From Clostridia bacterium (GTDB lineage: Bacteria > Bacillota > Clostridia > Oscillospirales > Butyricicoccaceae): a stretch of DNA of 64,000 nucleotides. Positions 1-11,284 of this stretch are shown here, in pieces. Below the pieces are notes generated by a model. It was not told the origin of the DNA, ran no database searches, and saw only the letters and a list, made by a program, of their open reading frames with translations. The first letter of the stretch is position 1. Each line of letters opens with the position of its first letter. The translations under genes were made by a program, and so were the position numbers. The DNA lies in contig JAFTDT010000111.1 of NCBI GenBank assembly GCA_017453985.1, positions 7,679 through 71,678 of the forward strand, given 5' to 3'.

Positions 1-28
1 GTATACCCGCGCCGGCGGGGAAAAGCAC

Positions 29-2050
29 GTGGAAAAGCCACCGCGCTGGCTGCAGGCGCTTTATCCTGCGGACGAGCTGATCGCACCATTGCTGGGGATA
101 AGCCGGGACGAGGTGAGCTTTGAAGCGTATAGCGGCGAGGAGGAGCTTACCTACGAAGCGGAGGCTTACGGAGCGGACGGAGAGCTGATTTTGCGCGACA
201 CGCTGCGGGTACCGACGGGCGAACGCCCGTTTTTGGACGAGTTTCCGGAGCTGGGCAGCGCCCTGCCGGAGACGGGCTGGCTCCGCGTCAGCGTGAACGG
301 CAGCGTGCTGCTGGAGGAGAGGATAAAGACAGATATAGAGCATATCTGGGACGTTTTTCAGACGGAAATACTGCCGCGGGCGCGGCGCTTTACGGAGGAG
401 CGGCTTGGCAGAGCGCCGCAGATATGCGACCAGCCGTTTTTCTCGCGGCTGGAGGTGGAGGCGGGCGTCAGCGCGCCCGACCGCGAGCTGGGGCTGCGTA
501 CCGACCGTATCTCGGCGGCGGAGGCGCTGCACAACTGTCTGCACCGCGTGGGACAGCGATTTTTCGCGCAGTACGGAGTGCAGTGCGGCGGAAAGCCGTT
601 CAGCGAGCCGGGGATAGTGCTGCCCTGCGTGCATGTGCGCGAGGGCGCGCCCACGCTCAAAATGACGCTGAAGCTGCCTTACGGCAGGGAGCCTTCGCAT
701 GCTGCGCCGCCGCGGGAGGTGCGCCTGCGCCGCGTGGAAGCGGCGGCGGGCGGCTTGCGGCTGCGCCTTGAGACGGAGGGCTGCGATCCCGCCATAGCCG
801 CGGCGCTCATGGCGCTGACGGAGGAGGGCTTTACCGAGCTGGCGGCGATGCTGGAAGGCTACGGAGAGCTGATTTTGCGCGACGTCCGCTCGGATGAGGA
901 ATACCGCGCGGCACTGCCGCGCATGCCGCAGCCGCAGCCATTGAGCGCGGCAGAGGCAGATATCCCGACGGAGGGGCTGATAGGCTACGATGCCTATGCC
1001 GCCGTGATAGAGCGGCTGCGCCGCGTGCCGGAGCTGCGGGTATACAAGGCAGGGCAGAGCTATCAGGGCAGGGCGATATACGCCGTGGAGCCGCGCAGCG
1101 CCATGCGGGGCTATGTCTCCCGCACAAAGAGGCTGCTGCACCTGCCGTCGGTAATCATCGCCGGACGGCACCACGCCAATGAGGTCTCCGCCACAAACGG
1201 CATATTCGCCTTTATCAAGGAGCTGCTGCACAACGGGGAATACGCCGGTATCGGCGACCGGCTGAACATGGTGCTGCTGCCGGTGGAAAACGCGGACGGC
1301 GCCGCGCTGCACTGGGAGCTGGCGCAGGAGCACCCCAACTGGGAGCTGTGCTGCTGCTATACCAACGCGCTGGCGGCGGATCTGATGCCGAACTATTTCA
1401 AGGATGATACGATACACACCGGCGCCAAGGCAGTGACGCGGCTGCTGCGCGAGCGTCTGCCGGACGTCTATCTCGACCTGCACGGCGTGCCGCATCACGA
1501 GAAGAACGACATATTCGGTCAGCTTGCGGAATACAAGGGGCTTTGGCTGCCGCGCAGCCGTCTGTGCGTGTTTTATTTCCATGTGGACGAGGAGGCGTAT
1601 TCCGCCAACAAGGCGTTCAGCCGCGAGTGGTCGCGCCGCGTGGCGGCGGGCTATGCCGACGACGCGGAATATGTCGCCGCCGGGGAGGAATGGCGCGAAC
1701 GGTTTGAAAAATATTCTTGGGACGGCATCGACGGACTGTTTCCGTTTGAATATCAGAACGCGCTGCTGACCTATTGGGTGCCATCGCGCTATGATCCGCG
1801 CCACCCCTATTTTTCCGTCAGCTATCCGTGGGTGATAACCATGATGTTCACGGCGGAGGCGGCGGACGAGACGGCGCAGGGCGAATACGCCGGAGCGTGC
1901 GGCAGGGCGCATCTGTCGCACCTGCGTTCGGGCGTGGAATGCCTGCTGGAAAGCCGCAGCGTCATGGAGGAGCGCACGGAGCGCGGGGAGGACGGACTCA
2001 GCGTGCGCTGCCGCCGGCTGCGCCCGCTGCTGCCGCCGGAGAAAAGCTGA
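29..2050 (+). CDS. M14-family (zinc carboxypeptidase-like) metallopeptidase; 5' end uncertain
   Basis: Reading frame has no stop back to base 2, so the gene may start outside the window. Contains HHANEVS (HxxE zinc motif) and a later LDLHGVPHHE histidine, as in M14 peptidases. Confidence 0.6.
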   Translation: MEKPPRWLQALYPADELIAPLLGISRDEVSFEAYSGEEELTYEAEAYGADGELILRDTLRVPTGERPFLDEFPELGSALPETGWLRVSVNGSVLLEERIKTDIEHIWDVFQTEILPRARRFTEERLGRAPQICDQPFFSRLEVEAGVSAPDRELGLRTDRISAAEALHNCLHRVGQRFFAQYGVQCGGKPFSEPGIVLPCVHVREGAPTLKMTLKLPYGREPSHAAPPREVRLRRVEAAAGGLRLRLETEGCDPAIAAALMALTEEGFTELAAMLEGYGELILRDVRSDEEYRAALPRMPQPQPLSAAEADIPTEGLIGYDAYAAVIERLRRVPELRVYKAGQSYQGRAIYAVEPRSAMRGYVSRTKRLLHLPSVIIAGRHHANEVSATNGIFAFIKELLHNGEYAGIGDRLNMVLLPVENADGAALHWELAQEHPNWELCCCYTNALAADLMPNYFKDDTIHTGAKAVTRLLRERLPDVYLDLHGVPHHEKNDIFGQLAEYKGLWLPRSRLCVFYFHVDEEAYSANKAFSREWSRRVAAGYADDAEYVAAGEEWRERFEKYSWDGIDGLFPFEYQNALLTYWVPSRYDPRHPYFSVSYPWVITMMFTAEAADETAQGEYAGACGRAHLSHLRSGVECLLESRSVMEERTERGEDGLSVRCRRLRPLLPPEKS

Positions 2051-2065
2051 GAAAGGGAGAAAAAT

Positions 2066-3961
2066 ATGAAAAAATTCGTAAATTCCGCCTATGAGGAGAT
2101 GAAAAACGTCACCGGACTGCGTCTTTCACCGGACGGCAGATACGCGCTGTACACCGTGACGCATGACGATATCGCCGCCGACGGCATGAAGGCATATCTT
2201 TGGCTGCTCGACACGGCGAGCGGCAAGAGCCGCCGCCTTACGCACGACGGCAGGACGGGCAGCGCGATATGGCTGGACAGCGGCAGCGTGCTTTTTGCCG
2301 CCGCGCGCAGCGAGGAGGACAAAAACGCGGCGGGAAGCAGCACGGCGTTTTACCGCCTGCCGATAGACGGCGGCGAGGCGGAAAAATATATGACCGTGCC
2401 GCTTGCGGGAGCGCAGCTCAGCGTGATAGGCAGGGACGATTTTCTCGTGCGGGCGACCCGCGACGCCGGAGCCGCGGACGAAAGACCGGCGGCAAAATGG
2501 GTGTTTTACGACGAATATCCGTTCCAAAACGACGCTGCCGGTTACGTCAACAAAAAGCGCCGCACGCTGTATCGCTGGGATGCGCGGCGGAAAAAGCTGA
2601 CGCAGCTCACTCCCGACCTCATGCAGACCTACATGCCGTTTTGCAGCAGCGACGTGATAATGACGGACGACGGCTTTTACTATGTCGGGCATATCTACGA
2701 CCGCGACTCAAACGGCATGGCGGGCGTGTACAAGCATATTTGGGCGACGGGAGAAAACCGCGAGATATTCACCTGCCAGTGCTACGTATTCTCCATCGCG
2801 CGGCGCGATGGACGCATCTGGGCGGGTGTGTTCGTCAATGAAAAGGGTGCGGATACCGGGCTGGTGCGCATAGTCTCCGCCGATGAAAACGGCGGCGGAC
2901 TGCGGACGGAGGCGCAGCCGGACTGGGGGCTGGAATACGTCACGCAGGGCGTCGCGGGCGATATGTTCATTCGCTGCCGCCGCAGCGAGACGGCGATGTG
3001 CCGCTGGCTTGGCGGGCATGAGTATGAGGAGATAGCCACGCCCGGCGTGTACCCCTCCTTCGCCGCCGCGACGGAGCAGGGCGTGCTGCTGCTGGGGCGT
3101 GAAAAGAACCGCATGCAGGAGGTATATCTGTATAAGAACGGCAGGACAAAGCGCCTGACGCGGCACAACTCCCCGCTGTATCGCAAATACGCCTTCAGCG
3201 AGCCGGAGAGTCTGACGGTGAGCAGCGGCGGATGGGAGATAGACGGCTGGGTGCTGCGGCCTGCGGGCTTTGAGGCGGGGAAAAAATATCCCGGCATACT
3301 CAGCATCCACGGCGGACCGCACGGTCATTACAGCGACGCCTTTTACAGCGAGATGCAGCGATGGGCAAGCGAGGGCTATTTCGTCTTTTACTGCAATCCG
3401 CGCGGCTCCACCTCCTATGACTGGGCGTTCGGCAATGTGAGCGGAGCCATGGGCGTCGGCGACTATGAGGATATCATGGCGTTTACCGACGGCGTGCTGG
3501 CGAAATATCCCGAGCTGGACGGAGACAGGCTGGCAGTGACGGGGCAGAGCTACGGCGGATACATGACCAACTGGGTGATAGGGCACACGGACAGATTTCG
3601 GGCGGCGGCAGCGCGCATGTCGATCTCCAACTGGGTGACCATGCACGCCACCTCAAACGAAAGATGGTACGGCGATTCGCTGGTAGGCGCCGACCCGTGG
3701 AGCGATTTGGAAAAGGTCTGGCAGCATTCGCCGCTGAAATACGCGGACAGGGTAAAGACGCCCACGCTGCTGATACAGCACGGCAGGGACGGCAGCACGC
3801 CGCCGGAGCAGGCGGAGCAGATGTTCGTCGCTCTGCTGGAGCGCGGCGTGCCGGTGAAGATGATGGTAAATCTGGAGGCGAGCCACGGCGGCAGAACAGT
3901 CTCGCAAAAGCTGCACGACATAGACGTGATGCTGAAATGGTTCGGGGAATATTTGAAATGA
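2066..3961 (+). CDS. S9-family serine peptidase (prolyl oligopeptidase / acylaminoacyl-peptidase type)
   Basis: RBS GGGAGA upstream. N-terminal propeller-like region, then an alpha/beta-hydrolase domain with nucleophile elbow GQSYGGYM and late HGRDGSTPP / EASHGG (Asp/His candidates). Confidence 0.85.
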   Translation: MKKFVNSAYEEMKNVTGLRLSPDGRYALYTVTHDDIAADGMKAYLWLLDTASGKSRRLTHDGRTGSAIWLDSGSVLFAAARSEEDKNAAGSSTAFYRLPIDGGEAEKYMTVPLAGAQLSVIGRDDFLVRATRDAGAADERPAAKWVFYDEYPFQNDAAGYVNKKRRTLYRWDARRKKLTQLTPDLMQTYMPFCSSDVIMTDDGFYYVGHIYDRDSNGMAGVYKHIWATGENREIFTCQCYVFSIARRDGRIWAGVFVNEKGADTGLVRIVSADENGGGLRTEAQPDWGLEYVTQGVAGDMFIRCRRSETAMCRWLGGHEYEEIATPGVYPSFAAATEQGVLLLGREKNRMQEVYLYKNGRTKRLTRHNSPLYRKYAFSEPESLTVSSGGWEIDGWVLRPAGFEAGKKYPGILSIHGGPHGHYSDAFYSEMQRWASEGYFVFYCNPRGSTSYDWAFGNVSGAMGVGDYEDIMAFTDGVLAKYPELDGDRLAVTGQSYGGYMTNWVIGHTDRFRAAAARMSISNWVTMHATSNERWYGDSLVGADPWSDLEKVWQHSPLKYADRVKTPTLLIQHGRDGSTPPEQAEQMFVALLERGVPVKMMVNLEASHGGRTVSQKLHDIDVMLKWFGEYLK

Positions 3962-3968
3962 AAATATA

Positions 3969-4001
3969 AAAAGGCACGGAGGATTTTCCTCCGTGCCTTT
4001 T
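3969..4001. terminator. Bidirectional rho-independent terminator between convergent genes
   Basis: Perfect stem aaaaggcacggagg / cctccgtgcctttt, with A-run on one side and T-run on the other. Confidence 0.8.
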
Positions 4002-4010
4002 GCGTGCAAG

Positions 4011-4943
4011 TCAAAACATAAATCTTTTTATATAGAGCGTACTTTCGGCGTCTGAAAAGACAGAGAAGGAGCCAATAAAAGAAAACAAGCTTACGCTGAC
4101 GGGCTTGTCGCCGCAGGCGAGCTGCAGCGGCTCGAATTTACCGAGGCGCTCCCCGAGGATCGGGGCAATGGAAAACTCTCCGTTATGATCGTATCCGCGC
4201 TCAAATACGATATGCCCCATATCGGCAGTGATGAGAAAACCGGATGCGCCGTCTATATCCGGCGTATATTCCTTTTCCGTGAGCAGGTCTGTCATCACCA
4301 ACTTGAACTCGTCGTAGTAGTAATACCAAAGCCTGCCGCGCTCGTCAAGATTTATCGCGTAGCAGTCATATATATTGCGCTTTGACTCCCACAGGACATT
4401 TCCACCGCGATCCCATACGACAAGACCGCTGCTGCCTATCGGAGAGTCCCAGCCGTAATTGCCGAAAACGCCCTCGTCAAAATAGCTTGTTATTATCCTT
4501 TCATCTGCTGTAACGATGCAGTCTTCGATACCGTCGCCGAGACAAAACTCGCAAAGCATTTCGCCGGAAGAATTCACGATGGCGGCATTCATCTCGGGAC
4601 CGCGCGTTTTGCTGTATGCGCATCTGGCGCCCAGCAGAAGAAAGTCATCTCCGATGGGCTGAAGGAAATGAAAGTTCATGCGGTATCTGCCGAGCTTTAC
4701 GAGCGAATGAGAGATTATCTCCTCGTTTTGCCAGTCTGCGATCAGTACAAGCGCGGAATATTCGCTGTTTGCGACGGTATTAACAAACATGCCGTCTATT
4801 CTTTCGGGGATATGGCTGCTCAGCAGAACGTATATATTTCCGTCATAACCGAGCTTGATGCAGGCGACAGAGCTGAGAGAAATTTCGTATTTCCCGAGCA
4901 GTTCTTTCAGGTTCACGCCATGGCTCAAATTGACAGTATGCAT
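4011..4943 (-). CDS. Hypothetical protein (repeat/beta-propeller-like by eye), apparently the last gene of the atp transcription unit
   Basis: ATG lies 10 nt after the atpC stop, with GAGG 8 nt upstream. Composition is visibly lower in GC than its neighbours. I recognise no family motif. Confidence 0.55.
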   Translation of the reverse strand: MHTVNLSHGVNLKELLGKYEISLSSVACIKLGYDGNIYVLLSSHIPERIDGMFVNTVANSEYSALVLIADWQNEEIISHSLVKLGRYRMNFHFLQPIGDDFLLLGARCAYSKTRGPEMNAAIVNSSGEMLCEFCLGDGIEDCIVTADERIITSYFDEGVFGNYGWDSPIGSSGLVVWDRGGNVLWESKRNIYDCYAINLDERGRLWYYYYDEFKLVMTDLLTEKEYTPDIDGASGFLITADMGHIVFERGYDHNGEFSIAPILGERLGKFEPLQLACGDKPVSVSLFSFIGSFSVFSDAESTLYIKRFMF

Positions 4944-4953
4944 TTTCCGAACC

Positions 4954-5373
4954 TCATCTTCCTATGGTATAGCGGCTTTTCACCCGCAGGCGGTTTATCG
5001 CGCGGGCGAGGTTTGCCTGCGCGGCGAGGTATTCCTGGCGGCTGCGCTGCTGGAGTATTGCCTCCTTTGCCTCCGCCTCCGCGCGTTTGGCGCGGTTGAT
5101 ATCTATCTCATCGGGGCGCTCTGCCGAGTCCACCAGCACCAGCACGTCGTTGTTTTCTATCTTGACCATTCCGGCGGAGACCGCGGCTATCTGCGTTTCG
5201 CCGTCCGGCGTGCGGAAGGTCAGCTTGCCCGGCACCACCGCGCCGATCATATTGCTGTGGCGGGCGAGCACGCCGTACTGTCCCTGCAGCAGCGGCACGA
5301 TCAGCGACTCGCACGGCCCCTCGTAGAGCGCGCGGTCGGCGGCGAGGATATGCACGTTGAACACCGCCGCCAT
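4954..5373 (-). CDS. atpC: F0F1 ATP synthase subunit epsilon
   Basis: 139 aa, positioned directly after atpD. N-terminal beta-sandwich-like sequence and a C-terminal helical AEAEAKEA region. RBS GGAGGG. Confidence 0.9.
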   Translation of the reverse strand: MAAVFNVHILAADRALYEGPCESLIVPLLQGQYGVLARHSNMIGAVVPGKLTFRTPDGETQIAAVSAGMVKIENNDVLVLVDSAERPDEIDINRAKRAEAEAKEAILQQRSRQEYLAAQANLARAINRLRVKSRYTIGR

Positions 5374-5374
5374 C

Positions 5375-7682
<2,308 letters not shown>

Positions 7683-7694
7683 GCCGTCACCGCC

Positions 7695-9431
7695 TTACCG
7701 CTCGCCGAGAAAGCGTGCGAGATAGTCCCGCGCCGCCTCGACTATGTCTGCGCGCAGCTCGTCGGTCAGCACGCCGGTCTGCTCCAGCTCCTGACAGATA
7801 TGCGGCGTTTCCGCCTCGGTGTAGGCGAGCAGCCCGCGCTTGAAATCTCCGATGCGCTTTGGCGGCAAATCCTGCATGACATGCTCCAGTGCGGCGACCA
7901 GCAGAATGACCTGCTCGTGCTGCCTCAGGGGATGATGTTGCGGCTGCCGCAGGAGCTGCATCAGCCCCTGACCGTAGGCGATCTGGCGGCGCGTGGCGTC
8001 GTCCAAATCGCTGGAAAACTGCGTGAAAACCTCCATCTCGCGGTACTGCGCCAAATCGAGGCGTATCGCGCCGGATGCTTTTTTCATCGCTTTCGTCTGC
8101 GCGTCGCCGCCGACGCGGGAGACGGAAAGTCCGATGTTCACCGCCGGACGCTGCCCGGCGAAGAAAAGGTCGCTCTCCAAAAATATCTGTCCGTCGGTGA
8201 TGGAGATGATGTTGGTGGGGATATAGGCGGAAACGTCGCCCGCCTGCGTCTCCACTATCGGCAGAGCGGTCATACTGCCGCCGCCGCGCGCGTCGGAAAG
8301 ATGGGCGGCGCGCTCCAAAAGGCGGGAATGGAGATAGAACACGTCGCCGGGATATGCCTCGCGTCCGGGCGAACGTCCGAGCAGCAGACTCAGCGCGCGA
8401 TAGGCGACGGCGTGCTTGGAGAGGTCGTCATAGACTATCAGCACGTCGCGCCCCATGTTCATGAAGTATTCCGCCAGCGCGCAGCCGGAATAGGGCGCGA
8501 TATACTGCAGCGGCGCAGCGTCGCCGGCGAAGGCGCACACCACGGTGCAGTACTCCATCGCGCCGCGGCGGCGAAGGGTCTCCGTGAGCTGTGCCACGGA
8601 GCTTGCCTTCTGACCGACGGCGACATATATGCACACCACGTCCTTGCCCTTTTGGTTGAGTATGGCGTCGAGTGCAATGGCGGTCTTGCCGGTCTGACGG
8701 TCGCCGATTATCAGCTCGCGCTGGCCGCGTCCGATGGGAAACATGGAATCGATGGCGAGCAGCCCTGTCTCCAGCGGCTTATTTACCGGCTGGCGGTCGA
8801 TGATGCCGGGCGCGGGAGACTCGATGGCGCCCCAGCCGTCGGCGCGGATGGGACCCTTGCCGTCGATGGGATTGCCGAGTGCGTCAACGACGCGGCCGAT
8901 AAACTTATCGCCCACGGGCATGCCGGCGGTGCGTCCGGTGCGTCTCACCGCGCTGCCGGCGGATATATCCTGTTCGTCGCCGAAAAGTATGCAGCCGACC
9001 TCACCGCGGCGCAGCTCCTGCACCATTCCGCGCACGCCGGAGGAAAAGAGCAGTATCTCGCCGTATTCGGCGTGCTCCAGCCCGCTGACGGTCGCTATGC
9101 CGTCGCCCACGCTCAGCACCGAGCCGGTGTCGTGCGCCAGCGCCTGCGGCGTCCAGTTGTGTACGGTCTCCTTCAGCAGCGGTATCACGTCGCCGTCCGT
9201 CGGGCGCAGCTCGCTCAGCGTATCCTTGAGCTGGAGAAAGCGTCCGCGCAGGCTCCAGTCGTAGACCTCGGAGCCTATCTCCAGGCGAAAGCCGCCGCGC
9301 ACGGAGGCGTCCTCCTTCCAGATAAGGGCGACCTGCGTGCCGTATTTCTTCTCCAAAAAGCTCTCAAAGCGCCTTTTCTGCTGTTCGTCGGGGGGAGTCG
9401 TGCCCCGCAGCACAACGCGCAGCTTATTCAT
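7695..9431 (-). CDS. atpA: F0F1 ATP synthase subunit alpha with an N-terminal extension resembling the delta (OSCP) C-terminal domain
   Basis: Walker A GDRQTGKT and a canonical alpha body starting near SVLSVGDGIATVSGL. The first ~72 aa (...EDASVRGGFRLEIGSEVYDWSLRGRFLQLKDTL) look like the C-terminal end of delta. Overlaps the atpF stop by 8 nt, and no separate atpH ORF exists. Confidence 0.9.
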   Translation of the reverse strand: MNKLRVVLRGTTPPDEQQKRRFESFLEKKYGTQVALIWKEDASVRGGFRLEIGSEVYDWSLRGRFLQLKDTLSELRPTDGDVIPLLKETVHNWTPQALAHDTGSVLSVGDGIATVSGLEHAEYGEILLFSSGVRGMVQELRRGEVGCILFGDEQDISAGSAVRRTGRTAGMPVGDKFIGRVVDALGNPIDGKGPIRADGWGAIESPAPGIIDRQPVNKPLETGLLAIDSMFPIGRGQRELIIGDRQTGKTAIALDAILNQKGKDVVCIYVAVGQKASSVAQLTETLRRRGAMEYCTVVCAFAGDAAPLQYIAPYSGCALAEYFMNMGRDVLIVYDDLSKHAVAYRALSLLLGRSPGREAYPGDVFYLHSRLLERAAHLSDARGGGSMTALPIVETQAGDVSAYIPTNIISITDGQIFLESDLFFAGQRPAVNIGLSVSRVGGDAQTKAMKKASGAIRLDLAQYREMEVFTQFSSDLDDATRRQIAYGQGLMQLLRQPQHHPLRQHEQVILLVAALEHVMQDLPPKRIGDFKRGLLAYTEAETPHICQELEQTGVLTDELRADIVEAARDYLARFLGER

Positions 9432-9927
9432 ACTGCTGCTCTCCCTCGGACTCCGCGGCGTCCAGAAAACGGTCGTATATGTCGGAGGAGCTTACGATGA
9501 CCTTCTTCGCCGCCTCTATGGCGAGCGCGGAGATTTCCTCCTGCGCCTCGGCGAGAAGTATCTGCCGCTCCTTCTGCGCGGCGGTGCGTGCATCGAGCAG
9601 CAGCTTTTCGCTCTGCTTTCTGGCGGTTTCGAGCTGCGCGGCGGCGGCGCGCTCGTTTTCCAGCGCCGCCTCTGCCTTCATGTGCATTATTTCGCTCTCC
9701 GCGCCCTCCAGCAGCCGGCGGTGTTCCGCTTCCAGCGTCTCGGCGCGGGCGAGCTTTGCCTCCGCGGCGGCGTCCAGCTCGGCATAATGCGCGGCTCGGC
9801 CGTCCATAAAGTTTTTTACGGGCTTATAGAGCAGAAAATACAGTCCGCCCGCGAGGATGGAAAAATTGAACAGATGCAGCAGGATTTGCTGCCAGCTTAT
9901 GTTCAAAGGGATTTTCACGGTGCCCAC
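9424..9927 (-). CDS. atpF: F0F1 ATP synthase subunit b
   Basis: One N-terminal TM helix (ILLHLFNFSILAGGLYFLLY), then a long charged Ala/Glu-rich helix. An alternative GTG start at 9918 has better RBS spacing. Confidence 0.85.
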   Translation of the reverse strand: MGTVKIPLNISWQQILLHLFNFSILAGGLYFLLYKPVKNFMDGRAAHYAELDAAAEAKLARAETLEAEHRRLLEGAESEIMHMKAEAALENERAAAAQLETARKQSEKLLLDARTAAQKERQILLAEAQEEISALAIEAAKKVIVSSSDIYDRFLDAAESEGEQQYE

Positions 9928-9933
9928 CCGCCT

Positions 9934-10269
9934 TTACAGCACGAAGATGATGAGTATGGCGACGATGAGAGCATATATGATGGCGGTTTCGATAAACACG
10001 AGTCCGAGCATCATGCCGGTGCGTATCTTGCCTTCGACCTCCGGCTGACGCGCCATTGCCTCCATAGCCTTGCGGATGGCGAGCGCCATGGCGATGGCGC
10101 CGGCAGCGGCGACCAGACCGACCGTTATGGCGGCGGCATAAGCCTTGGAGCTGACGGGGTCGGCTGCCGCGGCAGGCTCTCCGTCGGCAAAGACGGGCAG
10201 GGCAACTGCGGCGGCGAGCATTACGGTGAGTACGAGCATTGCGGCGATGCGCTTTCCAATGTTTTTCAT
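9934..10269 (-). CDS. atpE: F0F1 ATP synthase subunit c with an N-terminal signal-peptide-like extension
   Basis: ARQPE loop and the carboxylate in GLVFIETAIIYAL. AGGAGG lies 9 nt upstream of the ATG at 10269. 111 aa, against roughly 70-90 for usual c subunits. Confidence 0.9.
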   Translation of the reverse strand: MKNIGKRIAAMLVLTVMLAAAVALPVFADGEPAAAADPVSSKAYAAAITVGLVAAAGAIAMALAIRKAMEAMARQPEVEGKIRTGMMLGLVFIETAIIYALIVAILIIFVL

Positions 10270-10301
10270 ATCAAAATACCTCCTGCGTTGCAGTTGATTT
10301 A

Positions 10302-11105
10302 TTATTCCGCGTGATGCTTTTCCGAGACCTCGCCATAGAACAGCGCGGTCAGCATTATCAGAACATAGGTCTGTATCAGCGCGTGCAGCAGCGTGAACAT
10401 CACGCCTACTGCCACGGGCAGAACAAAGCTCAGACCGAGGTAGTAATACACCATCTCCGTCACCAGCAGTCCGCTCAGCAGCGCGCCGAACAGACGGAAG
10501 CTCATGGAAATGGGCAGGGAAAAGTCCTTCAGCGAGCTGCCCAGCCCGCGCAGACCGTTGCCGGCGACGCCGCCGGAGAGTATCACCAGATAGGACAGCA
10601 CGCCGAGGGCGATGGCGCCGTTGATGTCTGAGAGCGGCGCAGGCAGTGCGAGGGAGTGCCCTTTCGTGGTCAGCGCCTGAAGCCCGAACAGCTCAAAGGC
10701 GGTGCCGGTGAAGATGTAGACCCCGGCGGCGAAGATATACGCGCCGAGAAAGCCGTTGCGGTGGGGGCTGTTGGATTTCGCCATGCCGTCGAAGAGTCCG
10801 ACGAGCTGCTCCAGCAAAAGCTGGAGTCTGCCTGGCACGAGCCTGAAGCGCGGCACGGCAAGCAAGCGGATGAGCGCCGAGGCAATCAGCAAAATCAGCG
10901 TGACCGTCATGGCGGACACGACCGCCGGATTTACCTCGATAAGCCCGAAAAGGCTGAGCTTGTTGTCCTCGTGGAGGACGGCGTCGCGCATGACCTCTCT
11001 GACAGTCTCGTGCGGCGCGCCTCCGCTGCCGAGCGCCAGTGCGCCCGCAAGCAGCAGCGCGGTGACGCATATCCAGATGATAAGCGCAGTTTTTTTGTTT
11101 TTCAT
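10302..11105 (-). CDS. atpB: F0F1 ATP synthase subunit a
   Basis: Polytopic membrane protein with MSFRLFGALLSG (conserved Arg) and a late MLTALFYGE helix. Start moved to MKNKKT (ATG 11105), which is preceded by AGGAGG; the track's 11177 start lacks an RBS. Confidence 0.9.
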   Translation of the reverse strand: MKNKKTALIIWICVTALLLAGALALGSGGAPHETVREVMRDAVLHEDNKLSLFGLIEVNPAVVSAMTVTLILLIASALIRLLAVPRFRLVPGRLQLLLEQLVGLFDGMAKSNSPHRNGFLGAYIFAAGVYIFTGTAFELFGLQALTTKGHSLALPAPLSDINGAIALGVLSYLVILSGGVAGNGLRGLGSSLKDFSLPISMSFRLFGALLSGLLVTEMVYYYLGLSFVLPVAVGVMFTLLHALIQTYVLIMLTALFYGEVSEKHHAE

Positions 11106-11284
11106 AGGCGCCTCCTTTCCCGAAAAACCGGGACGCCGTATATTGCGCCGGGAGCGGTTTTTCTGTTCGACCGGCAAGCTACATTATTATAGCAAATGAG
11201 CGGGAAATGTGTTATGTTAAATGCGCCGAAAAACAGCGCGCGGAGACAGCGATTATTCGGGAATGTGCACAAATGCATATCGCT

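Noticed and set aside
9934-10146. Na+-binding signature in the c subunit (E-T...Y in FIETAIIY)
   Set aside because: I aligned it by hand to the Ilyobacter tartaricus c subunit. Glu65, Ser/Thr66 and Tyr70 equivalents are present, but the Gln32 position is Met and Thr67 is Ala. The motif is incomplete and ion specificity cannot be called.
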